Shown: positions 41,482-51,665, counted from the stretch's first letter. The stretch: 64,000 nucleotides of DNA from Litoreibacter sp. (GCA_026710325.1 JAPORH010000130.1:177-64176); one strand, 5' to 3'. The notes: a model not told the origin generated them from the letters alone. Program-made: numbers and translations.

Positions 41482-42453
41482 CTACCTTCTTTCCGCTCCG
41501 CCACTGCGTTGGCCGGGCGGTGTTATGCCGCGTTTCAGCAGCCGTTCATTCGCTGCGTTCAGCTTGCGGCGAAACATCGGGCCTGCGCCGCGTGCCAGAA
41601 CATGCTCGGCCAACAGCGCGATCAGCAGCGGGTGTTTGTCTTCGTCAATCCGGGTCAGAAGCTCGCGCAGGTAGCGGCGGAACTCCCGGCGTGCGCGCAG
41701 CATTTTGTAGAAGACGGCGCGGGTCATCGTGCCGTCCACGCAAGCGCTAACCACGGGTTTCAAAAGCCCCATCTGGATCAGGCCGGAGGCAATCCGGTGC
41801 CCTTGAAAACGGCATTTCAGCTTGGTGACATTCTGGCCTTGAAACAGCGCCGCATGCATTGCGTCGAGCGGCTCCAGTGGGTCGTAGAAGATGAAAACAT
41901 CCCGCGCTGTGGCACTTTCTTGTGGGGCGTAGCCGTAGGCGGCGTTGAAATTGCGCAACCATGCCTTTTTGTAACGCGTCTCCCACGAACACAGGTCGCG
42001 GTCCAGCGTGGCTTGCGGGCTGATCGCCACGACAGTGGCGCCAGGGCAGGCGGCTGAAAAGGCGCAGGCCGCATAAGCGCCCATGGAGGCGCCGTAAAAC
42101 ACGACACGCTCGAATTGGTCGAAAAATCCCTCATCGCGCAGCCGATCGAAAAACGCGTATACATTGCCATCGCGATACCACGTCCAGTCATGCGCCATGA
42201 GTCCCAGGATCGACCATCCCTGGCTTTGCACGAAATCAAAGCCCCAGGGGAGCCGCTCCCCATGTTCGAACACATGGTCAAGGTTTTCAAAGGTGACGAT
42301 CAGCGTCGGCCCCGATTTGACGAAAAGCGCCGTGTGATCGTTGCCAAGCTCTTTGTAAAAGCCATGCGCATGCCCGAGCGCGCGCAGCTCTTTGGTCCAT
42401 TCCGACCTGTCCTCCTGCGCAAGCGCTTTTTCGAGGTCGATGCCCATGCTCAC
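41482..42453 (-). CDS. Alpha/beta-hydrolase-like protein, paralogous to the C-terminus of the downstream gene
   Basis: LIVTFENL, WYRD, FYGASMGAYAA, AISPQATLD, YDPL motifs mirrored in 39618-40500. Confidence 0.7.
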   Translation of the reverse strand: MSMGIDLEKALAQEDRSEWTKELRALGHAHGFYKELGNDHTALFVKSGPTLIVTFENLDHVFEHGERLPWGFDFVQSQGWSILGLMAHDWTWYRDGNVYAFFDRLRDEGFFDQFERVVFYGASMGAYAACAFSAACPGATVVAISPQATLDRDLCSWETRYKKAWLRNFNAAYGYAPQESATARDVFIFYDPLEPLDAMHAALFQGQNVTKLKCRFQGHRIASGLIQMGLLKPVVSACVDGTMTRAVFYKMLRARREFRRYLRELLTRIDEDKHPLLIALLAEHVLARGAGPMFRRKLNAANERLLKRGITPPGQRSGGAERR

Positions 42454-44021
42454 CTCTTTTGCACCACAAGAATCTGGTCGCGCCGATCCTTGTGCCAGAG
42501 AGCTTGATGGATGAAGCAGCCCGAGATTTCATGGCGCATGTCGTTGAGCGCCTCAGTGACAGGGGCCTCGGGATGCGCGAAGCTGCCCTCGCGCAGAAAG
42601 GTCTGAAACAGATGCGCTGTTTTCGGGTAGCGGGATGTCTCGCGGGCTTTGGGTTGAAACCGCAAGTCCTCGATCACGTATATGCCGCCCGATTTGAGTT
42701 TGGGGAAGAGCGCCAAAAAGCCATGCTGCTGGTGGTGGGACAGATGGCTTGCATCGTCGAGGATGATATCGGCCGGTTCCAGTTTTTGCGCCAAGTGTTC
42801 TATTACTTCGTGCGTTTCGAAGTCGCAGAGATGCGTTGCGATGCGCGGATCATTCACACTCGCAAAGTTTCGTTCATCGATCGCGGTGATCTGCGCCTTT
42901 GGTAGATAGCGCAGCCACATCGGCAAGGTCGGGCTGATACCTGCTTCCGCATCCTGCTCTTGGCCCAGGCCCAATAGGATCATATGCAGTTTACGCGCTC
43001 GCATTGGCAGGAATAGGAGTTGGTAGAGCTCGGTGAAACGATGCTTCTGACTGCCTTGATCCAGCCCTAACTCATCAGCGATATCGGTCAGGTTTACCAC
43101 CCCGCCGCGTTTTTTGGGCGGGATCGCCGTGCCTGGGGTGAATTTGGTCTCGCTCGGTTTATGCGGGTTGGATGTCGGCATCGGCGCGTCGGACGGAACG
43201 ATCCCGTGCTTGGTCAAAAGCTTGCCGATCAGGCTGTCCTTATGGGGCTCGCCCCCTTCGCGCTCGATGATCCGCATGCGCATCCGACGGCCCCAGAAAT
43301 GGATCGAGAGCGTATTGTCGGTTATGTATTCACCAAGATCCGCATTTGGCTTCAACATCATGCGCCGCTTTTTGAAGCTGATCGGGAACAGTGCCTCAAT
43401 TGGCATTGCGTATTTCTGCTCGCCGGTTTTGTGCAAGAAATGCGTCAGGGCTTGGGGGCCCCAGACGCCCCAGCTCTGCTCGCCGACATGGACAGGATTG
43501 CCCTCCGCCTTCTTGCGCTCCATCTCTGCGCGCAACTCGGGTTTGAACCAATCGGGGATGGCGTATTCATCGGTCGTGAAGTCAACCAGCTGCGCCAGTG
43601 TCTCGCTATCAGAGGGCAGCCCAAGCACCCCGTTGTCAATGTGATGCGCGCTTTCCCAGCCGTGGAAATGCCCGTTGGGCGTGGTGAAAAGTTTGACGCA
43701 GTAGGCGTCCGTATCCGCCCAAATCTGATCATCGGTTTTGGCGAGCATGTTGTAGCGCCATTTGTCGGCCTGAGGAGCAGGGGAGCCGGTGCGTTTGTGG
43801 GCTATTACATCGCCCACGGGCATGATCGCATTGGCGTCGCAAATCTCGATCCCGTCTGGGATATTGGCGACCTCCCCATAAGTATACATCTTCACGTGAT
43901 GCCCGGCATCGCGGAAAGAAACAGCGCAAAGCTGCTCCATATAAGTCAATGCGCCGCCAATCCACAGCTGCGCGATTGCGTATTCCTTTGCCACGATCTG
44001 CCCCGCAGTAAGCGGGTTCAT
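42450..44021 (-). CDS. Fusion: GT32-like DXD glycosyltransferase plus SAM-dependent O-methyltransferase-like domain
   Basis: N-terminal QLWIG...ADKWRY...WADTD; C-terminal DIILDDASH...LFPKLKSGGIYVIED. Confidence 0.7.
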   Translation of the reverse strand: MNPLTAGQIVAKEYAIAQLWIGGALTYMEQLCAVSFRDAGHHVKMYTYGEVANIPDGIEICDANAIMPVGDVIAHKRTGSPAPQADKWRYNMLAKTDDQIWADTDAYCVKLFTTPNGHFHGWESAHHIDNGVLGLPSDSETLAQLVDFTTDEYAIPDWFKPELRAEMERKKAEGNPVHVGEQSWGVWGPQALTHFLHKTGEQKYAMPIEALFPISFKKRRMMLKPNADLGEYITDNTLSIHFWGRRMRMRIIEREGGEPHKDSLIGKLLTKHGIVPSDAPMPTSNPHKPSETKFTPGTAIPPKKRGGVVNLTDIADELGLDQGSQKHRFTELYQLLFLPMRARKLHMILLGLGQEQDAEAGISPTLPMWLRYLPKAQITAIDERNFASVNDPRIATHLCDFETHEVIEHLAQKLEPADIILDDASHLSHHQQHGFLALFPKLKSGGIYVIEDLRFQPKARETSRYPKTAHLFQTFLREGSFAHPEAPVTEALNDMRHEISGCFIHQALWHKDRRDQILVVQKR

Positions 44022-44151
44022 CCCGCCTTTTTGCTTATGATCGTTTCGATTCTCGCAAGGCTGGGGTTAAAACGCAAGGAAAAGCTGATTCTCCGAGTGC
44101 GCTCGGAGCGGCATAAACGCGAGAGGCCGAGGCCCCTGAGATGAGCGGTTC

Positions 44152-45174
44152 ATGAAGATCACCATCGTGACCACGATGCGCAACGAGGGCGCGCATGTGC
44201 TGGAATGGGTGGCACACCACCGCGCAGCCGGTGTGAGCGATTTTCTGGTCTACGTGAATGATTGCGAGGATGGGACGGAAGGATTACTGGCATTGCTACC
44301 GGGGGTCCATGTTGTTCGACAGTCCCGTGGTGATAAGCCGCCGCAATGGAGCGCTCTTCGTTCGGCTTGGGAGCATCCTGTTGTCAAAGCTGCGGATTGG
44401 GTCGCCTGCATTGATAGCGACGAGTTTATCAACTTAGACAATAGCTTGGATGGCATTCCTGACCTACTAGAAAGCGTTGGTGGTGATGCAATTTTGCTGC
44501 CCTGGCGGCTTTTTGGATCAAACGCGCATGTTGGGCTGTCCGACGTTCCGGTGACCGAGCGTTTCACCCGCGCGGCTGAGCCAGAGATGCTGTACCCCGC
44601 TATCGGCAGTTATTTCAAAACTCTGTTTCGCCGCGACGGGCCGTTTCGCCAATTGGGCGTGCACCGACCGAAGCAGAAAAAGACAGAGGTGCCCGTGATC
44701 ATCGATGGGTCTGGCGCGGCTGTTCCCGATCAGCTCGCCCACAACGATGGCCAAATCATGCATTGGGGCGCACCGGTTTCGCGCGATCTCGTCCAACTCA
44801 ACCACTATTCCGTCAAATCCGCCGCCGACTTCATGGTTAAACGCGGGCGGGGGCTTCCGAACCACGTGAACAAGAAAATCGACCTGACCTATTGGGTCGA
44901 GCGCAATTTCAACCATGTCGAGGAGGACAGTATTTTGTCGATGCGTGCCGCGACAGCCGCGCAGGAGGCTGAATTTCTATCCATTCCAGGTGTGCGCGAT
45001 GCACAGGAGGTCGCGCGGCGGTGGTATCGTGAGGCATTTGAACGTGCTGTTTCCACGCCCGAGGGATTGAAGCTTTTCAGTCGATTGCAATTGGCCCAAG
45101 GCAGTGCAGCGTTGCCCCGAAAAGAGGCGCTGGCGCTTATCGATGCATATGGGAGGGTCCATGGCCGACGCTAG
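44152..45174 (+). CDS. Glycosyltransferase, GT-A fold (GT2_4/GT92-like)
   Basis: VTTMRNEG..VLEWVAHH, NDCEDGT, IDSDEF, LNHYSVKS. Confidence 0.85.
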   Translation: MKITIVTTMRNEGAHVLEWVAHHRAAGVSDFLVYVNDCEDGTEGLLALLPGVHVVRQSRGDKPPQWSALRSAWEHPVVKAADWVACIDSDEFINLDNSLDGIPDLLESVGGDAILLPWRLFGSNAHVGLSDVPVTERFTRAAEPEMLYPAIGSYFKTLFRRDGPFRQLGVHRPKQKKTEVPVIIDGSGAAVPDQLAHNDGQIMHWGAPVSRDLVQLNHYSVKSAADFMVKRGRGLPNHVNKKIDLTYWVERNFNHVEEDSILSMRAATAAQEAEFLSIPGVRDAQEVARRWYREAFERAVSTPEGLKLFSRLQLAQGSAALPRKEALALIDAYGRVHGRR

Positions 45175-47434
45175 CATCTTCGAAAGCCGCCAGCTGAATA
45201 CATATTCAGAGCAGGGGCTTAGGGTGCTTTCATGTGTCGGTTGGCCTGACCCTGTTGGCGGCATGGGGCTAAGACTGTTTTGCAAGACTGGTACGCAATT
45301 TGATGCCTTTGAACCGTCGCCGCGGGAAGGGTGCGTAAAGTTCAGCTCTGTGCGGCAGGTAAATGGCGGGTTGTTGCTGTTGGGGAGAAAGGAAGCGTTC
45401 TGCGACACAGTAAATGTTGCGTTGAAACGGGGGCAGGCAACCTTGTCTGTTGCACCGCCTGAAACCGCGCTTTTTGCCGGGATGAACTGCATCATCGCTG
45501 AACGAAATGGTGAAGAGCTGACGCAAATCGAAGACTGGATCACGTATCACGTCACCCGTTTTGGGCTTGAAGGGGTGCTGCTTCTGGATCGTTCAAAGGC
45601 AAATAATAACAATGAAATAGAGCGTGAACTTCAGGCTTTCTCTAAAGTATCCGGTCTCAAACGTCTTGTTTATCTCACCTGTGATTTGCCGCTCGGAGTG
45701 CAAGGTTTGCCTGCGGCATCCCATCCGTTTAATGCACCCGATGCTCCGGGAAAAGACCGGATGCCAGCTTTGGAGCCCGAACCATGGCACGCGCCTTTGG
45801 GGGAGTTGTTGGTCTACGAGATCGCCAAATGGCGTTTTTTGGGTCGGGCGCGGGCCGTGGCCAACCTCGATCTGACTGATCTGCTGAAACGCGGCGATAA
45901 CCCGTTCGAGCGCGTTCATAACAGCAGCGCCGGCGTCATTCAGTTGCAAGGTCAACGCGTGTATCCTTGGCGGCTGCGTAAGGATCATCCCTCGCGTTTT
46001 GGAGATCATATCTGCCACCAATTTGATACGACGCGGGTAAACCGGCGCTGGTGCCTTGCGCCAGCGCGTCTCAAGCCTGAACAAATCTGGCGCTTGGTGC
46101 GCGTCACGGATGCAACCCCACAAGAGGATGAAACCGCCGGGTTCTGGCGGGCCATGTCGATCCGCCATCCGGAAAGTCCTGTCGCGGAGATCGTACCAAA
46201 AACCTCACTTGTCGAGGACCCAGAGCTCGTCAAAATGGCAAAGACGATCTGGCGTCATACACCCGTACGTGCGCCCAAGAGCACGACTAAACCCGCTGCC
46301 GTAACGAACCGCACACTGATTGTGACCTGCATGAAGAACGAAGGGCCATTCATTCTTGAATGGCTGGCTTATCACCGTGCCATTGGGGTGGATGATTTCC
46401 TGATCTATACGAATGACTGTACTGATGGGACGGATGCGTTGCTTGATGCGTTGATGGCACGAGGCATGGTGCAGAGGCGCGACAACAACTTCCATCGCAC
46501 AGGTATCAAACCGCAGCATTGGGCACTTGCTGCTTCGGAGAAGGAGCAGTTGCTTCAAAAGGCAGGCTGGATCATCTCGATGGATGTCGACGAGTTCATC
46601 AACATCCATGTGGGCGAGGGACGTCTGAGTGATCTCTATTCGGCGATTGGCGAGGCGAACATGATCTCGCTGACCTGGCGGCTTTTTGGCAGTGCTGACA
46701 GACATGCGTATGAAGACGCTTTCATAACCGACCAGTTTGACCGCTGCGCGCCTGAACTCACACGCAAGCCGCATCAGGCCTGGGGCTTCAAAACGCTGTT
46801 TCGCAACCTCGGCATCTACAAAAAAATGGGGGTGCATCGGCCGAAGGGACTGAAGCCGGATTTGTGGGATCAGATCAATTGGGTCAACGGTTCGGGCCAG
46901 CCCATGCCTGCCAAACTGATCCGAAATGGTTGGCGCTCAAGCCTGGACAGCTATGGTTATGATCTGGTGACGCTCAACCACTATGCCGTGCGCAGCGCCG
47001 AGAGCTTTCTTGTCAAGCGCGACCGGGGCCGGGTGAACCATGTCGACCGGGATCAAGGGCTCAGTTACTGGTTTCGGATGAATAACAACGCTGAGGTCGA
47101 CCGCTCCATCCAGACCAAGCGCGCTCTGTTGAGGGCCGAATACGACCGGCTGCTTGCTGATCCCGAGCTGCGCGCTTTGCATGAGGCGAGCGTCGCGCAT
47201 CACCGGGCAAAGATTTCCGAGTTGAAGAAACGCCCGGACTACGCTCAGTTTTTCGACAATTTAACCAGCGCGCGCATGGAGCGCCTATCGCGTTTGCATC
47301 GTCATTTCGGGGCGAACGTGTTTATGGAGGGACCCGAGGTGGTTCCCGATGCGGTGGCATTTGCAGAAGATCTGCAAAGCGATTTCTTTTTCACGGTCGA
47401 GCGGGCAGGCAAGCTTCATCCAAAAACGTCGTAA
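45161..47434 (+). CDS. Glycosyltransferase with tandem GT92-like domains (N-terminal one degenerate)
   Basis: C-terminal VTCMKNEG..ILEWLAYH, MDVDEF, LNHYAVRS; N-terminal IIAERNG...DWITYH...NLDLTD. Confidence 0.8.
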   Translation: MADASIFESRQLNTYSEQGLRVLSCVGWPDPVGGMGLRLFCKTGTQFDAFEPSPREGCVKFSSVRQVNGGLLLLGRKEAFCDTVNVALKRGQATLSVAPPETALFAGMNCIIAERNGEELTQIEDWITYHVTRFGLEGVLLLDRSKANNNNEIERELQAFSKVSGLKRLVYLTCDLPLGVQGLPAASHPFNAPDAPGKDRMPALEPEPWHAPLGELLVYEIAKWRFLGRARAVANLDLTDLLKRGDNPFERVHNSSAGVIQLQGQRVYPWRLRKDHPSRFGDHICHQFDTTRVNRRWCLAPARLKPEQIWRLVRVTDATPQEDETAGFWRAMSIRHPESPVAEIVPKTSLVEDPELVKMAKTIWRHTPVRAPKSTTKPAAVTNRTLIVTCMKNEGPFILEWLAYHRAIGVDDFLIYTNDCTDGTDALLDALMARGMVQRRDNNFHRTGIKPQHWALAASEKEQLLQKAGWIISMDVDEFINIHVGEGRLSDLYSAIGEANMISLTWRLFGSADRHAYEDAFITDQFDRCAPELTRKPHQAWGFKTLFRNLGIYKKMGVHRPKGLKPDLWDQINWVNGSGQPMPAKLIRNGWRSSLDSYGYDLVTLNHYAVRSAESFLVKRDRGRVNHVDRDQGLSYWFRMNNNAEVDRSIQTKRALLRAEYDRLLADPELRALHEASVAHHRAKISELKKRPDYAQFFDNLTSARMERLSRLHRHFGANVFMEGPEVVPDAVAFAEDLQSDFFFTVERAGKLHPKTS

Positions 47435-47523
47435 GACTCAGTCGAGTTGCCACAGGCTCATCGGCTGTTAATCAGAGTGTGTTTTAAGAAAGCCGATTTA
47501 CGCATACCGAGTTGGGTTCGCTG

Positions 47524-48261
47524 ATGGAACGTTTTGTCAGGTTGGTCGCACCGACCAACAGGGTGGATTTTTGCACCAAGCTGATTGCTTTGGTTCTGAT
47601 ATGCGGTATTTTCAATCATTTGCGTGACTTGGTGACCGATGGGTTTGACCAGGCCGACCCGTTCATGAACAACCTCTTCGACGCGTCGTTTACGGCCCTG
47701 CCAATGTGCGCTTTCGCGTTGCTTTTGATTTCACACCTCAATGCACTTCAAACCCGCCTCTACAAGCAAGCTATGAGGGACACTCTTACCGGCTTGTTCA
47801 ACCGGCGATGGTTTATGGCAAACACACCCGAGCAAATAAGCGCTGGGCAGGCGCTTATGATTGTTGATATCGACTACTTCAAAAGGATCAATGACACATT
47901 TGGTCATGACAAAGGGGATGAGGCGCTCACTTCAATGGCGAAGCACCTTGACGCCCAGTTGGGAGAATACGCCAGTTGCGCACGCATCGGCGGGGAGGAA
48001 TTCGCGATCTTTTTCGCCCGCTCTGTTCCTGAGGAGTTGACCGCCATCGCGCGTGCCATCAGCTCGGGTTTTCTCTTCGAAGCGGAGCCCGACAAGCCGC
48101 AGAAAGTGACCGCCTCTGTCGGGCTGGTATACGGCAGAGAAGGCCTATCGCGCGTGGAGGCGATCAAACTTGCTGATGAAGCTGTCTATCAAGCCAAAGA
48201 AAACGGCCGCGCGTGTTTCTCTGAGGCGGAAAGCTCGCCTAAACTCCGCGTGCTCCCTTAA
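47524..48261 (+). CDS. Membrane-anchored diguanylate cyclase (GGDEF domain)
   Basis: Two TM helices; DTLTGLFNRR, DIDYFKRINDTFGHDKGD, RIGGEEF; no RxxD I-site. Confidence 0.92.
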   Translation: MERFVRLVAPTNRVDFCTKLIALVLICGIFNHLRDLVTDGFDQADPFMNNLFDASFTALPMCAFALLLISHLNALQTRLYKQAMRDTLTGLFNRRWFMANTPEQISAGQALMIVDIDYFKRINDTFGHDKGDEALTSMAKHLDAQLGEYASCARIGGEEFAIFFARSVPEELTAIARAISSGFLFEAEPDKPQKVTASVGLVYGREGLSRVEAIKLADEAVYQAKENGRACFSEAESSPKLRVLP

Positions 48262-48314
48262 GGTGTCTTTTAGCCACGTCAGACAATTCTGAAAGTTAGT
48301 CGAATGGGACGAGC

Positions 48315-49535
48315 TTAAAAAAATGCCTGCAGCCCCGTGATCGCCCGCCCCAGGATCAAGGCATGCACGTCATGGGTCCCCTCATAGGTGTTCACCGTTT
48401 CCAGGTTCATCATGTGTCGTATCACCTGAAATTCCTCGGAGATGCCATTGCCGCCATGCATGTCGCGGGCGTGGCGTGCGATATCCAGAGCTTTGCCGCA
48501 ATTGTTGCGCTTCATAATGGAGATCATTTCCGGCGCGGCATTGCCGTCATCCATGAGACGACCGACGCGGAGGGAGCCTTGCAGGCCGAGCGTGATCTCG
48601 GTCGCCATATCGGCGAGCTTCTTCTGGAAAAGTTGCGTCTGTGCGATCGGTTTGCCAAACTGCTTGCGGTCTAGCCCGTATTGCCGTGCAGCGTGCCAGC
48701 AGAACTCGGCCGCGCCCATGACGCCCCAGCTGATCCCGTAACGCGCGCGATTAAGGCAGCCGAACGGGCCTTTCAGACCTTCGACACCCGGCAGCAAGGC
48801 ATCTGCACCGACCTCGACATTGTCCATGACGATCTCGCCCGTGGTGGAGGCACGCAGGCTGAGCTTGCCGCCGATCTTTGGCGCGCTAAGGCCTGCCATG
48901 CCTTTTTCGAGCACGAAGCCGCGAATCTTGCCGCCATGTGCTTCTGATTTGGCCCAGACCACGAAGACATCCGCAAAGGGTGAATTGGAGATCCACATCT
49001 TGGAGCCGTTCAGAATGTAGCCGTCACCTTTGGCCTTGGCTGTGGTTTTCATACCCGCCGGGTCGGAACCCGCATCCGGCTCGGTCAGGCCAAAACAGCC
49101 GACCAAGTCGCCGGACGCCAGGCCGGGCAGGTATTTCTGGCGCTGCTCTTCTGTTCCGTAGGCATAGATCGGGTACATTACCAGCGAGCTTTGCACCGAC
49201 ATCATCGAGCGATAGCCGCTGTCGACGCGTTCTATTTCTCGCGCGACAAGGCCGTAGGTCACATAGGATGCGCCGAGCCCGCCATATTCCTCTGGCACGG
49301 TCACGCCCAAAAGCCCGGCCTCGCCCATTTTCTTGAATAGGCCGGGGTCAGATGTTTCTTCCCGATAGGCGTCAACCACGCGCGGGGCCAGTTCGGCTTC
49401 GGCAAAGCCACGGGCGGCGTCGCGCAGCATACGTTCGTCTTCGGAAAGCTGGTCATTGAGTCGGAACGCATCCTCCCAATCGAAGCGGCCCATATCGGGT
49501 GCGTCTTTGGATTTGATCGGGGTTGAGATATTCAT
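48315..49535 (-). CDS. gcdH: Acyl-CoA dehydrogenase (glutaryl-CoA dehydrogenase type)
   Basis: [47 protein letters not shown]. Confidence 0.88.
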   Translation of the reverse strand: MNISTPIKSKDAPDMGRFDWEDAFRLNDQLSEDERMLRDAARGFAEAELAPRVVDAYREETSDPGLFKKMGEAGLLGVTVPEEYGGLGASYVTYGLVAREIERVDSGYRSMMSVQSSLVMYPIYAYGTEEQRQKYLPGLASGDLVGCFGLTEPDAGSDPAGMKTTAKAKGDGYILNGSKMWISNSPFADVFVVWAKSEAHGGKIRGFVLEKGMAGLSAPKIGGKLSLRASTTGEIVMDNVEVGADALLPGVEGLKGPFGCLNRARYGISWGVMGAAEFCWHAARQYGLDRKQFGKPIAQTQLFQKKLADMATEITLGLQGSLRVGRLMDDGNAAPEMISIMKRNNCGKALDIARHARDMHGGNGISEEFQVIRHMMNLETVNTYEGTHDVHALILGRAITGLQAFF

Positions 49536-49674
49536 AGCGGACCTCCCTTGGCTTAAGCGTTGTTTACGCCTGTCTCGCGCATGACGCAAATGGGCAGCCT
49601 GTCGCGCTTCACGCATCTTGCGTCCCTGGGGTGGCCATGACTAGGTAGGTGGTCTGAAAGGCGGAGGGTGAACC

Positions 49675-50655
49675 GTGACAGCAGAATACGACTCGATCCC
49701 TGAAACGGCCTTGGCCTGGCATCGTGCGGGCAAGGGCGCGGCGCTTGCCACTGTCGTGGAGACCTGGGGCTCGGCACCGCGCCGTGTTGGCAGTCAGCTG
49801 GCCATCAGCGGGGAGGGGGAGATCGCCGGCTCTGTCTCAGGTGGTTGTGTTGAAGGGGCGGTGGTCGTCGAGGCGATGGACGCGATCGAAGGCGGCATGC
49901 CGCTGCTGCTTGAATATGGCGTGAGCGATGACGAGGCCTTTGCCGTCGGCTTGGCCTGCGGCGGAACAATTCGCATCCTCTTGGAACCAGTTGGGAAAGC
50001 CTTGCCCGAGGTGATGCTGACTGAATTGGTCGACGCGCGGGCTTCGAAAGAGCCAATTGCTTACACGGTCGACACTGCCTCATGGGACCGAAAGCTTTTG
50101 CGCCCCGAAGACGGTCATGCCGAGCGGTTCGCAGCCGACAAATCCGGGTTTGAGGGTGACAGGTTCATTGCGATCCATAACCCGCCCTTGCGCATGGCGA
50201 TCGTGGGGGCGGTCCATATCGCTCAGCCCTTGAGCCAGATGGCGCGGCTTGCCGGGTTTGAACCGTTTATCATTGATCCGCGCGCGGCCTTTGCAAGCGA
50301 AGCGCGTTTTCCTGGGGAAACGCTTTCACATGACTGGCCGGATGAGGCGTTAGAGGCGTTTCAGCTTGATGCGCGTTCGGCAGTTGTAACGCTCACTCAT
50401 GACCCGAAGATCGACGATCCGGCCATTGAGGCCGCTTTGCGCAGCAACTGTTTCTACCTCGGGTGTTTGGGCTCAACGCGCACGCATGCCAAGCGCGTCG
50501 CTCGTCTGGAACAGGCTGGGTTCACTGCAGACCAAATCGCACGGATCAATGGCCCGGTCGGACTTGATGTCGGGGGGCAGACGCCAGGCGAGATTGCCAG
50601 CGCAATCCTGTCAGAAGTCATCCTGTCATTGCGCGGCCCGAAAGGGCGCGGGTGA
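49675..50655 (+). CDS. XdhC/CoxI-family molybdenum cofactor insertion chaperone
   Basis: WGSAPR, GSVSGGCVEG, VGLACGG, LTHDPKID, YLGCLGS. Confidence 0.9.
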   Translation: MTAEYDSIPETALAWHRAGKGAALATVVETWGSAPRRVGSQLAISGEGEIAGSVSGGCVEGAVVVEAMDAIEGGMPLLLEYGVSDDEAFAVGLACGGTIRILLEPVGKALPEVMLTELVDARASKEPIAYTVDTASWDRKLLRPEDGHAERFAADKSGFEGDRFIAIHNPPLRMAIVGAVHIAQPLSQMARLAGFEPFIIDPRAAFASEARFPGETLSHDWPDEALEAFQLDARSAVVTLTHDPKIDDPAIEAALRSNCFYLGCLGSTRTHAKRVARLEQAGFTADQIARINGPVGLDVGGQTPGEIASAILSEVILSLRGPKGRG

Positions 50656-51665
50656 TGTTTTTCGGCGCGGTGCCACTGGCCGAGGCCGAAGGAGCCGTTT
50701 TGGCGCATTCGGTGGCTTTGCCGGGTCGCCGGTTACGAAAAGGGGCCAGCCTAACCGCCAGAGATATTCAGGAACTTGCAAAGGCCGGCTTGCGCGAGGT
50801 TGTCGTGGCAAAGCTTGGAGCGGGAGATGTCGGAGAGGACATCGCCGCGACCCGACTTGCGCAAGCTATGACCAAAGGCGCGCAGGGCGTCACGGTGACC
50901 AAGGCCTTTACGGGGCGCGTGAATATCGTGGCGGACGCGCCGGGTGTGGCGCTGATTGATGCGAAGGTCGTTACTGCGGTCAATTCCTGCGATCCGATGA
51001 TCACCTGCGCAACGGTGCCGCCACTGGCGCGGTTGGACAAAGGCAGTTTGATCGCCACGATCAAGATCATATCCTATGGCGTTGCGGCGGAAGATCTGGC
51101 GCGCTCGGAAGTCGCTGTGGCTCAGGCAAATCCCGCTGTGGGTCTTCACGCGACAAAGCTTAAATCAGCATGCCTGATCGTGACACTGACCGATGCTGCC
51201 CCGTCCTCAGACAAAGGGGTTGCCGCAATGAAAGGACGATTGGAGGCTTTAGGTATGTCGCTCGGCACCGTAGTAGAGGTGCCTCACAGGTCAGAGGCAA
51301 TCGCCGCCTCGATCAAACACATGCAGGAGGAGCTGTGCCTTGTCCTGACAGCTTCCGCGACATCTGACGCGCAGGACATCGCACCGGAGGGCGTGCGCTT
51401 GGCGGGCGGGCAGGTGACGCGGTTTGGCATGCCTGTCGATCCGGGAAATTTGCTGTTTCTAGGCGATTATGTCGGCAAGCCGGTGATTGGTCTTCCGGGA
51501 TGCGCCCGGTCCCCTGCACTGAATGGCGCGGATTTTGTGCTTGAGCGTGTGGCCTGCGGGCTGGAAGTCACAAGTGCCGATATAGCCCAGATGGGCGTGG
51601 GCGGGTTGCTGAAAGAAATTCCGCAGCGTCCTCAACCGCGTCGTGGCCCCTTTCAATTTGAGTGA
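50652..51665 (+). CDS. Molybdopterin-binding protein (MoeA-like)
   Basis: AEGAVLAHS, GMPVDPGNLL, GLPGCARSP; overlaps the xdhC stop. Confidence 0.8.
   Translation: MMFFGAVPLAEAEGAVLAHSVALPGRRLRKGASLTARDIQELAKAGLREVVVAKLGAGDVGEDIAATRLAQAMTKGAQGVTVTKAFTGRVNIVADAPGVALIDAKVVTAVNSCDPMITCATVPPLARLDKGSLIATIKIISYGVAAEDLARSEVAVAQANPAVGLHATKLKSACLIVTLTDAAPSSDKGVAAMKGRLEALGMSLGTVVEVPHRSEAIAASIKHMQEELCLVLTASATSDAQDIAPEGVRLAGGQVTRFGMPVDPGNLLFLGDYVGKPVIGLPGCARSPALNGADFVLERVACGLEVTSADIAQMGVGGLLKEIPQRPQPRRGPFQFE

Noticed and set aside
47460-47500. Two TTAA half-sites upstream of the diguanylate cyclase as a CtrA box
   Set aside because: Spacer is 12 nt rather than 7; more likely part of a weak terminator hairpin (TCGGCT/AGCCGA).
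49675-51665. xdhC plus MoeA-like pair with no molybdoenzyme structural genes nearby
   Set aside because: As I recall this is a common arrangement in Rhodobacterales, serving enzymes encoded elsewhere.
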